From Promethearchaeia archaeon (GTDB lineage: Archaea; Asgardarchaeota; Lokiarchaeia; Sigyniarchaeales; SOKP01), in assembly GCA_046483985.1 (NCBI GenBank), contig JAWOCD010000057.1, positions 98,351-162,350 of the forward strand: a stretch of DNA of 64,000 nucleotides. The letters run 5' to 3'. The notes beneath the pieces are model-generated. The model made no database searches. It was not told where the DNA came from and worked only from the letters and a program-made list of their open reading frames with translations. The translations under genes were made by a program, and so were the position numbers. Within the stretch, counting starts at the first letter, position 1, and each line of letters starts with the position of its first letter. Shown piece by piece: positions 30,601 to 39,932 of the stretch.

Positions 30601-31755
30601 GATATAAAAGAGCATCCAGAAGATGAGGACTATTATTATTTCCAAATTAACACATCCTCAGGAGATGAGATCGGAACATTCACATTTGATATAACCGCGA
30701 CACGAGAAAATTATACAGATGAATCTCGTACCTTTACTTTAGAAATATTAAATCGAAAAACTTCAATTAATGACTCAATAGGATTGCTGCATAATTCCAA
30801 AAATGTTTGGATAAAAGATGCGCATAATTTTACTTTCAGTTATACGGATTTCAACACCGAAGATGGAATTAGAGGAGCAGATGAACTAACATATGTGTGG
30901 TACAAACTTGATGAGGATGGAAACCCCCTTTCCGGCGAAGGGTACGAAGGAGGAGGAACTTTAATAGAAAGCGAGGGGGGGCTTTATGTGTTAGATTTTA
31001 ACACCACAACTCGTGCAACGGGGGATTACGCCATCTTTGTGACAATCGATAAAGATAATTATGAAAGGCGAGATGCATTCATCGATCTCTCGATTAAGAG
31101 ACGTACAATCGAGACGGATTTATCAGCAAACTTTGATATCTTAGACGGTCAAATCGAGGTAATTCAAGGCGAGGACATTATGTTTCAACTAGATCTGAAC
31201 GATCCCACCAAAGAAGATAATCCTCCCTTAACGAATGCCTCAGTAATGTTAAATATCGGAGAGGAGACATACGAGTTCCAAGAAAAAGAAAATGGAGAAT
31301 ATGTATATAAATTTAGCACAGAGGAGTATGATACCTTTTTCTCACAGAAGAATCTACAAGGAAATATTACTATTTCCAAGGAGAATTATATTGATCAAAA
31401 TATTCAAATTTCGATTGTAGTCGGAATGGAAGAAGGACCAATACCTGGTATACCCACCCTTTACTTTTTAATGTTAGTGGGAGCAATTGTAGCCGTGGCT
31501 GGGAGTTTAGTGGTTTACCGTGGCATTCAAAGAGCACGCATTCCAACATTCGTTAAGAAAGCACGAAAAATGAAAAGCTCGATCAAATCACGCAAAGACA
31601 TTCCGGAATCCGTGTTATATCCATCTAAAGAAGAATTAATGATAGAAAAGTTAGGTAACCGCTGGGAACGGCTGGGAATTTCCCTATCAGATATACTCGG
31701 CACAGAAATGGAAAAAGGGAAAAAGATCTCAAAAGACAAAGGAGGTGCCAAATAA
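27652..31755 (+). CDS. Large secreted/surface glycoprotein: signal/TM, DUF2341-like domain, Ig-like repeats, C-terminal TM and cytoplasmic tail
   Basis: WW..W.YRVPI...DIRF...LDFWIE...IWV.IP...YMYMGN (DUF2341-like), many NxS/T sequons, and a TM near the C-terminus. Confidence 0.8.
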   Translation: MSYKIKSKIGKIIMKRIKNTKFQIAFLCFFLSLLMSGAVLMVSVDSSSPLSEQEKETENVASDEKKDSDFANSLQSANSSHPDPWWDNNWQYRVPIDINSTSEENLTDYQVRIDINLTEWIDAEYLNETGSDIRFTDVSGQEELDFWIENSNLTDGNSTIWVNIPSLTENTEIYMYMGNPDAISKSNGINTFILFENFENYDDQDGEIPENWTDYGAGEVELDTEENADENRVLKKTSNNDPNGGYRIFSEEISDFEVTLKTNRINDDGGGINRYAIEDGQYDGYGPLIDNFYGSADFAIEQRNEGSPSADYLESETISDPEPEDETWYILKYRKYGDTLEAEVYNKTGELNKSLSVEDDAHSGPFDRFVIHGGWEYWTDDIIIRKYTPDEPEVSIGDLQYSELHITCFDIDGRRVEGAEVHITNSSQPSLNRNESTDENGEIFFVNIPTGIYNITVNYTLEDNSNSKTETVYYLEGYEKKEHELELYVNLWTIDFEVDDADGEPFDFGYVNISANGNSEVLTKMDLDSDGTGQFIWNASKEFYNYSVYYHNTDYSPKDTYLYSGTVYRNETSKTYAVNQTAKHSSGNTYYVEEDNIYLYDKEEYSGPDEIVEIRLDCWEMTDNLSEIKIRYSDTDYITEYEDETSVNITYRAFEDGESLYQIQGLRVDFENTTQSNGTIQLDLTKTYYEKITVNMSKLSLRVLDSEEEEGVAGITMQIENNATSDQVVELETDSDGDAYGEFTSDFSFWYLNGTTYNFTLEFREDIQIFDVIQSDQSSPQETEWYNYTLTKNDEIVFSLTEINYSKRLAKFTNTQMPESEVTWGDNMTFSVFYNVSKDGGDTWENDSGCSAIFKLYRGSKNLLETYMNDKNTGNFTIEINTSDFSAGGTGKNYWIMIEGQKDLWSDPEPVDFAFKIDPIDMEIGLYDYNSFEPTDSYSQHYDELVNITLSYNQTEDDELLPPETLEYSWTPSGEEINGALGDDIKEHPEDEDYYYFQINTSSGDEIGTFTFDITATRENYTDESRTFTLEILNRKTSINDSIGLLHNSKNVWIKDAHNFTFSYTDFNTEDGIRGADELTYVWYKLDEDGNPLSGEGYEGGGTLIESEGGLYVLDFNTTTRATGDYAIFVTIDKDNYERRDAFIDLSIKRRTIETDLSANFDILDGQIEVIQGEDIMFQLDLNDPTKEDNPPLTNASVMLNIGEETYEFQEKENGEYVYKFSTEEYDTFFSQKNLQGNITISKENYIDQNIQISIVVGMEEGPIPGIPTLYFLMLVGAIVAVAGSLVVYRGIQRARIPTFVKKARKMKSSIKSRKDIPESVLYPSKEELMIEKLGNRWERLGISLSDILGTEMEKGKKISKDKGGAK

Positions 31756-32859
31756 ATGCCAACCGGATTAGTTATCATGAAATGGGACGAACGTGCTGGA
31801 TCCGTGGTGGAAGCAAAATACCCCGAAGAGGTAAATATCAGCTCAAAAACATTGATGCAAGTCTATAGTACCCACGAATACAGCGAAGAGGCGGGTATGA
31901 TCAGTCTAATGGTGGGCTCGCTTAATATAGCCTCCTATTATACCGGTAGGGACAAAGAATATTATATACTTCTCTTACTTAATCTCGACGAGGATCCTGA
32001 CGCTTTTGAAGGTGGGCTTGCCGATGTGGCTCGTACCGTTCTCCAGAATCTGCAAGATGATGCCTATAAAGATCTGATCCCTTCATTATTTCAGCGGTTA
32101 TCTGTCTATCCGACATTAACCCATGAACAGCGGTTAGCAATGACTTATCAAGATGAAATTAAACGGCTGGTCATTAATCGGCTACGCGATGAGGGGCTCG
32201 TGTCAAAATCGGAACTGATGGTCTGGCTGAAGGACAAATATAAACAAGGCTTTATTGATCTTAACGGTATAATTACCCAATTGGTGAAGCGGGAAATAAT
32301 CAAAGAAGCATCGGTAAAGGGAATGGCCTCGGAGTCTGTGTTTATGACGCATGATTTAATGATGACTCGGGTACCTCCCAATAACTTAATAGAGGATCCG
32401 GCAGATCGTGGATTGCCGCAAAATCTCGTGGAGGACTATAGAATAGAATGCAAGAAATTCTTCCAGAACTACCGGCCCTCCGAGGAGGATAACTTAGGAA
32501 TCCTCAAAATCTTAATAGACCCCGCAGTATATGAGACACTCCGTCTTTTACGAACGTCCATCGTGACGCGAAATGTTTTAGAAAAGCTGAAAAAGAAGGG
32601 TGTGGATGATGTGGACGCTGTTCTGAAAAAATTATGGGATAACCAAATGATTCAAGTCTTTCAAGATGAACGAGAGAATGAATATTATGCCTTAATATCT
32701 GACTTTTACTTGGAGCGTATTTTCCCGAAATATATACTTAACAGAATCAAACGGGAATATGAACAGAGATCCAAAGCCGATGAAGTCTTAGTGGAATATC
32801 TTACCATCTTGGAAAATACTTATGAAGCACAAAAAGAAGCTGTGAAGGCAGAAGAATAA
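31756..32859 (+). CDS. uDENN/longin-like domain protein with winged-helix-like regions
   Basis: N-terminal GLVIMKWDERAGSVVEAKYP resembles the uDENN/longin start; abuts the upstream gene (TAA-ATG). Confidence 0.6.
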   Translation: MPTGLVIMKWDERAGSVVEAKYPEEVNISSKTLMQVYSTHEYSEEAGMISLMVGSLNIASYYTGRDKEYYILLLLNLDEDPDAFEGGLADVARTVLQNLQDDAYKDLIPSLFQRLSVYPTLTHEQRLAMTYQDEIKRLVINRLRDEGLVSKSELMVWLKDKYKQGFIDLNGIITQLVKREIIKEASVKGMASESVFMTHDLMMTRVPPNNLIEDPADRGLPQNLVEDYRIECKKFFQNYRPSEEDNLGILKILIDPAVYETLRLLRTSIVTRNVLEKLKKKGVDDVDAVLKKLWDNQMIQVFQDERENEYYALISDFYLERIFPKYILNRIKREYEQRSKADEVLVEYLTILENTYEAQKEAVKAEE

Positions 32860-33179
32860 GCAAGTTTCTTTAAAATTTTTTTTTTATCTTTTTTCTAATA
32901 GACAAATATAAACATCCTTGATTTATTAATAGGGTCTAAGAGGATAATACTTCAAAGTTGTATAATTGTCGTTAGCGGTATAAATTCTTTCTGAGAAGAT
33001 TGCTCTTAAATGATAGATTTCGATCAATAAAATGAGTTAAGAAACTGCTCTAATTTATTCCCTCTAAAGTCAATTAAGTATCGATATAGATTTATAAATG
33101 AATTTACGAAGGAAGCGAACACTAACTTCTCGGAACTCCTTAAGAATTAAGATTAATCCTCCTTACTATTAAATAGAGA

Positions 33180-35663
33180 TTAATGGTTGCTCGTTAAGCT
33201 AACAGAAACTTGTAATTTATCCTTAAACTGGATATCCAGTTTCCAAATGTTATCTTCCCTATTTACTAATGTATAGATAAATTCATAGTCTGCAATTTCT
33301 TTTCCCTTAGGTAGTTTCAAATAAAAAGAGCCGGAGCGCTTTCCAATCAATTCAAATTCAATATTTATTTGATCTTTTCCTTCCAAATATTCAAATTCCT
33401 CAATATCAGTACATCCTTGGGTGATATGCAAGTCAGTTGATAATAGGTATGGTTTATCAATTGTTTTGGTCGGAATGGGAATAATTGTAAGGTATCGACA
33501 AGAATGAGGGTCTAATTCTGGAATTTCTATAACCTCCTCCTTATTATATTTTCCCATAAATTTTCTATTCCAGAAATCATAAATTAAAAACTTTTCCTCA
33601 TCAATTGGCATATTCGGTATAATTTGAGAAAAGGCAAATTGTTTATCTCTCGATTTACTTTCCCAATTTATTAGTGCTACAAGGTATCTCTTTCCAATGG
33701 AGGAATTTGTTTCAAGCATATAGATATTCGGATACTTCGCATAGAGAATATCAGAAGGGATAGGATCATATCTTTCAGGATTATACGGGGGGATCAATAG
33801 TTTAGCTTCTTCAATTTCGCTCTTGCTTAATAATTCCATATCATCTGATATGAGAATCTGTCCGCCCGATAATCCAAAGATTGTCATCTGTAATTCTATC
33901 TCATTTTCATTCAGTTTTGTATCTTCCCTTCGAAGCATCAAACAATCAGGGTCATTTATCCAAAAATAATTATGCATAAACGAACGATAAATTGTATTTA
34001 GCAGACCGGCCTTTAGAGATGGAGCGGCAAACCCATAACGGCGACCCCATTTATCTAAAAATCTCCAATAAGGAGCAGTATCGGGACCAATTCTCATGGC
34101 GTCAACTAATCCAACACAAGGGCCCAAAGGAGTCCCACACCCGAGTAAGAAAGAATCTTCTGTAATACCCTCTCTTATGGCTTTTACGCCATTATAGAGG
34201 ATTTGAGCCCGTGTGAGATTTTTATTCTTATAATCACTTTCAATTCTCACAGCGGAATGAAGAAAATCTATCTTAAAATCCTCAATAACTCGTTTCTCCC
34301 CTTCGGAATAGTCTTTTTTAAGTCCGTATGATAAATCTTGAAACAGATCCTTAAGGTATTCCAAAACTTCCTCTGATGATAAATCGAGGGAATATTGAAA
34401 TCTCCCCCAATTAAAATTTGTCTTTAATAATTTATCTTTATCTGTTCTGCCTAAAAACCAATTTTTATGATTTTTAAATAATTGTGATTTCTTTTTTGCA
34501 AAGAAAGGAGCTGTCCATATTCCTCCTTTAAAGCCCGCGGATTTAATTTTTTTAAATAACCAATGTAAGCCTTTAGAAAACTTTTTATTAAGTCGATTAT
34601 AATCTCCAATAGTTTTTTGATAGCCGTCATCCAACTGGATAAAATTTACGGGAAGTTCTTTCTTATGCTTTTTAAAGAATTCGAGATTTTTAAGCATCTC
34701 TTCTTGGTTTATATCTTGATAGTAATAATACCAACTACACCAGCCCACAGGTATTTTTTCTATGCTATTTGGTCGTATTTTGGATTTCACTTCTTTCGCA
34801 TAATCTATTAATCCATAATAGCCAAGATTATCTGGTTTGAATCCAATAAGTAATTCTTCTGAAGAATTTATAGATGATTTTTGGAGGGAAACACCATCCA
34901 TACAACTGATAGCTGTCAATAATTTTAATTTAGTAGTTTTTTTATAATCGAGAATAATTCGAGAAAATTGGTCTTTAAGGGTTGTAAATCCAAGAATCAA
35001 CGAATTGGTCGAATCCAAATCAGTAATAACCCCCAAATATTCACTATAAAATCTTCCTTCAATTCCGTAATCTTGATTGTCGAATACGCTCCTAAGTAAC
35101 TTAATTGGGGGGCCTTCTCTATCCTTTTGATTTCCAAACATAGTTTTACAAGGAGACCAACTTTGCCACCCGTTTTTAAACCAAGATATTTCTTTCAAGT
35201 TTGTAGGGTTTTGAGTTCCATTTAACAGTAATCTCGAATCTTTCAAGGTGAATGGAGAGATACTGTGGATAGATGTCGAGTTTTCTGTACTAGCTTTAAT
35301 TTCAATAACTTTTACTAAGAGAAAATCAGAACCTTCCCGTAAAACGAGTCTAATTTTGAAGGAAAACATTAAATGATTGCTATTGGGTTCTAATATTACT
35401 TTTATTTGCTTCTTATCTTTATCCTCCTCAATTTCGCTAATGTATTCGGAGAGCTTTGAATTAAATTGCTCTATTTCTTGCGTTCGAGAGTTATAATAAT
35501 TAATTACGCAGAATGCAGATCGGATTTCACATAATATGGCAGAATCCTGAGAATAGGAAAGATTATAAGTTCCAGAATTTCCTCCCGTCTTAATAAACTC
35601 AACTGTAAGAATACCATTGGTAAGTTTTATAATATTTTGATCATCTTCAAGTAATTTTATCAT
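33180..35663 (-). CDS. Alpha-galactosidase (GH36)
   Basis: GWCSWYYY, IQLDDGYQ, GIWTAPF, KIDF nucleophile, MRIGPD and WINDPD. Confidence 0.9.
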   Translation of the reverse strand: MIKLLEDDQNIIKLTNGILTVEFIKTGGNSGTYNLSYSQDSAILCEIRSAFCVINYYNSRTQEIEQFNSKLSEYISEIEEDKDKKQIKVILEPNSNHLMFSFKIRLVLREGSDFLLVKVIEIKASTENSTSIHSISPFTLKDSRLLLNGTQNPTNLKEISWFKNGWQSWSPCKTMFGNQKDREGPPIKLLRSVFDNQDYGIEGRFYSEYLGVITDLDSTNSLILGFTTLKDQFSRIILDYKKTTKLKLLTAISCMDGVSLQKSSINSSEELLIGFKPDNLGYYGLIDYAKEVKSKIRPNSIEKIPVGWCSWYYYYQDINQEEMLKNLEFFKKHKKELPVNFIQLDDGYQKTIGDYNRLNKKFSKGLHWLFKKIKSAGFKGGIWTAPFFAKKKSQLFKNHKNWFLGRTDKDKLLKTNFNWGRFQYSLDLSSEEVLEYLKDLFQDLSYGLKKDYSEGEKRVIEDFKIDFLHSAVRIESDYKNKNLTRAQILYNGVKAIREGITEDSFLLGCGTPLGPCVGLVDAMRIGPDTAPYWRFLDKWGRRYGFAAPSLKAGLLNTIYRSFMHNYFWINDPDCLMLRREDTKLNENEIELQMTIFGLSGGQILISDDMELLSKSEIEEAKLLIPPYNPERYDPIPSDILYAKYPNIYMLETNSSIGKRYLVALINWESKSRDKQFAFSQIIPNMPIDEEKFLIYDFWNRKFMGKYNKEEVIEIPELDPHSCRYLTIIPIPTKTIDKPYLLSTDLHITQGCTDIEEFEYLEGKDQINIEFELIGKRSGSFYLKLPKGKEIADYEFIYTLVNREDNIWKLDIQFKDKLQVSVSLTSNH

Positions 35664-35812
35664 TCAAACACCATTTAAATTTTAAATCTACTAAATAAAT
35701 AGCAGAAAGAAAAATAGACAAAAAAAATTTTCCTTTATTTACTGAAAAAAAAGCGGTCCTCGTTTTCTTTATAAATGAGTTTAAATTTTTTCTAATTAAG
35801 ATGTGGAATTAA

Positions 35813-36106
35813 GATAGATCAACATCAGAACAAAATAGCGTAATTCTTTCATGCCTGTATTGTGAGTAGATTATTCCCGAACAGCTTATTGAACAATTAC
35901 TCCAAGAATCGGAATCAAACATCATATGTGAACAATGCGGAAATGTAATAAAAAATGAATTCTACAATCTGGACCTATTGAGAAAATATAAAGAAGGGAG
36001 ACCCATTAATTATAAAAAGTTAGTTAAGAGAGAAGGAAAAAAATTATATTCTGCTCTGAAATCTAAATATCATCAGCTTATGAAGAAAAACAAACAAAAG
36101 AAGTAA
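35813..36106 (+). pseudogene. Small Zn-ribbon protein frame interrupted by TAG and lacking a canonical start
   Basis: ...ILSCLYCE-TAG(35867-35869)-IIPEQLIEQLLQESESNIICEQCGN...KQKK-TAA. Confidence 0.5.
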
Positions 36107-36118
36107 CTTCGGTATAGG

Positions 36119-37279
36119 TTAAAATTTTCGGTTTTTACTAAAGAACTCTTTAAGGGATTTTTTTAGCCTATTGAACGGTTTAAGATTACCAGAAAAAGGC
36201 TCATCAATCACATGAGAAATATAAGGGTTTAATTTTTCTTCAAGAGTGTTTAATTTCCGTAAATTGCCTTCTGATAAGCAATAAAGGAAATAATTATTTT
36301 TATATTCTTTAAAAGTCAAAAATCGATAATTCTGAAAGCCAAGTTTAACGGCAATCCATCTTGGAACAGCGGATGTATTACCTAATGTATTTGCTGCAAT
36401 AGCTTCAATTTTAGCTGTCAGCACCGATTCTTTCATCTCCATTTCCTCTTCTTTACTATTAAAATTGCCTGGTACATCAACAGCCAAATCCTCATTCAAA
36501 AGCAAGGAGATTACTCCAATTGATTTCGAGGATAGTCCAAGATAATCTACCCGTAATTCGTCTTCCACATATGGAATTTCTTGGTCTGAAAAAACTTCTT
36601 GCATTTTCAGGTATTCTTTCAGCAAAAATTTTGTAATACTTCTAAATTTCATTTCCACTTCATGTTTTTCTATTTTCTCCAGATCTTCTGCTTTTTTCCC
36701 ATGAACTAATTCAGTGTAATGTTTTTGCATTTGCTCTAAAAACCACTTTCCCTTTTTATCCGGAAAACGGCCATACATAATATAGATAATGTCATCTTTT
36801 AGAGAAAACTGGCATTTCTCTTCTTCACCAGTTTCCTCAGATATTAAAAGCATTTTATCCAATTGCCCCTCCAAAATACTGGTAGCAATAAAATCCAAAT
36901 TATTCGTCAGTTCCAGTAAATATTCATATTCCTCATTACTACAAAAAAGGGGTGTTCTATTTACTGAAGTGATACCGACTAGTTTTATATATTCCCCTTT
37001 TTTCAGTTCAATCTTTTTCTGATCAAGATTTACTTTCTTTGATTTTTTCTTAACTTTTACCTTTCCCCTTAATTTTGAAGAGGCTTTTCTTTTTGTTGAT
37101 TTAAATTCTTTCGGTTTGGGCTTTTTCTTTTCTTCTTCTTTCGCTACCTTATCAAAAAGATTAGGGATAAACTTTTTACAGTTAGGACAAAGTTGATCTT
37201 TTGGATACGGTTTTACAATTTTATAATTACAGTGTGGACATTCTACGCTTTCCTTTTCCCTAGAAAATAAGTTTGAAAT
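36119..37279 (-). CDS. Zn-ribbon, Lys-rich linker and longin/roadblock-like domain protein
   Basis: The frame stays open 127 codons upstream of the ORF-track TTG (36898) and encodes CPHC...CPNC. Candidate ATT start at 37279 follows GAGTGA. Confidence 0.7.
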   Translation of the reverse strand: MSNLFSREKESVECPHCNYKIVKPYPKDQLCPNCKKFIPNLFDKVAKEEEKKKPKPKEFKSTKRKASSKLRGKVKVKKKSKKVNLDQKKIELKKGEYIKLVGITSVNRTPLFCSNEEYEYLLELTNNLDFIATSILEGQLDKMLLISEETGEEEKCQFSLKDDIIYIMYGRFPDKKGKWFLEQMQKHYTELVHGKKAEDLEKIEKHEVEMKFRSITKFLLKEYLKMQEVFSDQEIPYVEDELRVDYLGLSSKSIGVISLLLNEDLAVDVPGNFNSKEEEMEMKESVLTAKIEAIAANTLGNTSAVPRWIAVKLGFQNYRFLTFKEYKNNYFLYCLSEGNLRKLNTLEEKLNPYISHVIDEPFSGNLKPFNRLKKSLKEFFSKNRKF

Positions 37280-37395
37280 ACTTTTTTCACTCTTTCAAAA
37301 TTATTTAATATGTGTATTTGTGTCGAACATTATTATATACTTTTTGTAAAACCTTATTATATATTTTGCTTCTAATTAAGAAAAATAAATGATAA

Positions 37396-38481
37396 TTAAA
37401 GATATTGGCTTGCTAATTCATCAAACACTTCTAAGAACTTATCATTCTCTTCTTGAGTACCGATCGTGATCCTGATATACTCATATAATCCGGATTTACT
37501 AAAATGACGGACAAGAATTTTTTTGTCCTTTAAATCCCATACAAATTTGAGCGTTTTTGATTTTTCCTCAAATTTAACGAATAAAAAGTTTGCATCCGAA
37601 GGCAGAACTTCAATTCCTTCATATTTTGATAATTCTTCTCTTAACCTATTCCTCTCTTCGATAATCTTCTTATTTTGTTCCATCATCTTATCTTTATGCT
37701 TGATGCATGCTAAAGCGGCAACTTGCGTTAAATGACTAACATTATAGGGTAATTTCACCTTATTTAGTTCTTTTATTATCTCTGAATCTGCTAAAGCATA
37801 TCCAAAACGTAGCGAAGCCAGAGAGAAGCTTTTGGAAAAGGTACGTGAAACAATAAGATTCTTAACCCTTCTCAATAATGGCAACGCTGTCGTTTCGGAG
37901 AAATCCCCGTAGGCTTCATCCACTACAACAATCCCTGGGAAACTCTCACAAATCTTCAAAATGGCTTCATTTTCAAATGACTTTCCGTTAGGATTGTTGG
38001 GTGAGCATATAAAAAACAATTTACCTTCCGCTGAATAGGCTTCTTCGGGCATTGAAAAATCCTCTGTAAGATCGAGTTCGGTGATTTTTGCACCATAAAG
38101 TGAAGCGAGCACTTTATACATACCATAAGATGGTTTGAAAAACACAACTTCATCACCAGGATCAATAAATGTTTTACAAATTATATCGAGATTCTCATCT
38201 GATCCGTTTCCAATAAAAACTGTATTCCTATTAGTTAAGGTACTTTTGTCACTCAAGAATCGATTTAGAAGTTCTTTTCTGACTTCAAAAGCGGTCGGAT
38301 CTGGATATTTTCTTAACCGTTCGTTCACCGCCCCTTTAATTTCTTCCAATACCTCAGGGACTGGCGGATAAGGATTTTCATTCGTATTTAGTTTAACCCA
38401 TCCTTCTCCTTGCGGTTGTTCGCCTGGTTCATAAGGAGAGAATTTTTTAAGAATTTCCCTTTTTAATTGATTAACATTCAT
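37396..38481 (-). CDS. hisC: Histidinol-phosphate aminotransferase
   Basis: KLNTNENPYP, GNGSDE, CSPNNPNG, VDEAY and RTFSK. Confidence 0.95.
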   Translation of the reverse strand: MNVNQLKREILKKFSPYEPGEQPQGEGWVKLNTNENPYPPVPEVLEEIKGAVNERLRKYPDPTAFEVRKELLNRFLSDKSTLTNRNTVFIGNGSDENLDIICKTFIDPGDEVVFFKPSYGMYKVLASLYGAKITELDLTEDFSMPEEAYSAEGKLFFICSPNNPNGKSFENEAILKICESFPGIVVVDEAYGDFSETTALPLLRRVKNLIVSRTFSKSFSLASLRFGYALADSEIIKELNKVKLPYNVSHLTQVAALACIKHKDKMMEQNKKIIEERNRLREELSKYEGIEVLPSDANFLFVKFEEKSKTLKFVWDLKDKKILVRHFSKSGLYEYIRITIGTQEENDKFLEVFDELASQYL

Positions 38482-38615
38482 ATTTATTGTCCAAATTATT
38501 GATGTTAGATATGCTTTTATTATTTTTCAAAAAATTTAATTTTTCGTAAATGTGAATTATGCTTGTTTATAAAGTTGGATTCAGTAAAATGTTATCTTTC
38601 CTTATTTATTAATTT

Positions 38616-39920
38616 TTATTTCAATCGCTCGTCTATAGCCTTTTTATGAGCAAATAACTTTTCAAAGGCAGCCAATTTGGTCGCGGATTTTTTTAACGTT
38701 TTCAGGCCGTCTTTTGTACATTCGAGTACATCAATAGTTTTCATGAATTCAGAGGTATTTAATCCAGAATATCGCCTCGCATTTCCTCCAGTTGGTAAGA
38801 TATGATTTGTTCCAGCAGAATAGTCTCCCAGAGAAACAGGCGAAAAGGAACCAAGAAAAATTGCCCCTGCATTGTTTATCAATTTCAATACTTCTCTGGG
38901 CTGTTCCATCATTAATTCCAGATGTTCTGATGCAATGAGATTTGCAACTCTAATGAGTTCTTTGTGGCCTTTTGCTTTAATTAAAAGAGAGTTGTCTAAT
39001 GCTTTTTTGATTATCTCTTGCCTTTCCGATTCCCTAACATAAGTTTCTAAGTTATTCTCTATAAATTTAAGTAACTCATCCGAGGTAGTGGCGATAACAC
39101 CGATATTATCGGGGTCGTGTTCTATTTGGGATAAAAAATCCACCATAACATATTCATGGGGTGCAGATTGATCTGCGAGGATTAAAATTTCTGATGGTCC
39201 AGCGGGGATATCAATTGCAACAATATTTGAAAGTAGCTGTTTTGCTGCATTTACCCATTTATTACCTGGGCCGATGATTTTATCCACCTTCGGGATAATA
39301 TCCGTCCCATATGCCATTGCAGCGATTGCTTGAGCGCCTCCACATTTATAGACCTTATCGATCTCGAATAATTTGGCCGCAACCAAAATTTCGGGAGGGA
39401 TTGATTTATTTTCTTGGGGTGGCGAACAGATAACCAAATTTTCTACTCCCGCCACATACGCAGGGGTGGCAGCCATTAAAACCGTACTGGGATAGATCGC
39501 CCTTCCACCCGGTACGTAAAGTCCCGCAGATTCTAAAGGACGATATATCTGTCCAGCATTCACCCCCTCTTCTATGTGAATTTGCCATTCTTCTTTTAAT
39601 TGGGCTTTATGGAATTTAATAAGATTTTTTTTTGCATGTTTTAGGGCTTCTAGCAACTCCTTATCCACGTGTTCAACGGCATCGTTGATCTCCTCCTCAG
39701 GAACTTGAATCTCAGATTTGTTCAACTCAACGTTATCAAATTTTTTGGCGAACTGTACGAGTGCTGAATCTCCGTGTTTCTTCACATTCCCGATGATGTT
39801 AAGCACATCTTGCTTAATATCTTCCAGTTGTAAACTGCTCCGTGGGATAAGATGGGAGATAGATTGTTCTGTTAATTCGGTAGATGCAATTTTTCTTATT
39901 ATATTCATTTTTGAATCCAT
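38616..39920 (-). CDS. hisD: Histidinol dehydrogenase
   Basis: GLYVPGG, GGAQAIAA, GPGN, AGPSE, QIEH, EHL and GTNHILPT. Confidence 0.96.
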   Translation of the reverse strand: MDSKMNIIRKIASTELTEQSISHLIPRSSLQLEDIKQDVLNIIGNVKKHGDSALVQFAKKFDNVELNKSEIQVPEEEINDAVEHVDKELLEALKHAKKNLIKFHKAQLKEEWQIHIEEGVNAGQIYRPLESAGLYVPGGRAIYPSTVLMAATPAYVAGVENLVICSPPQENKSIPPEILVAAKLFEIDKVYKCGGAQAIAAMAYGTDIIPKVDKIIGPGNKWVNAAKQLLSNIVAIDIPAGPSEILILADQSAPHEYVMVDFLSQIEHDPDNIGVIATTSDELLKFIENNLETYVRESERQEIIKKALDNSLLIKAKGHKELIRVANLIASEHLELMMEQPREVLKLINNAGAIFLGSFSPVSLGDYSAGTNHILPTGGNARRYSGLNTSEFMKTIDVLECTKDGLKTLKKSATKLAAFEKLFAHKKAIDERLK

Positions 39921-39932
39921 AAATATGATGGT

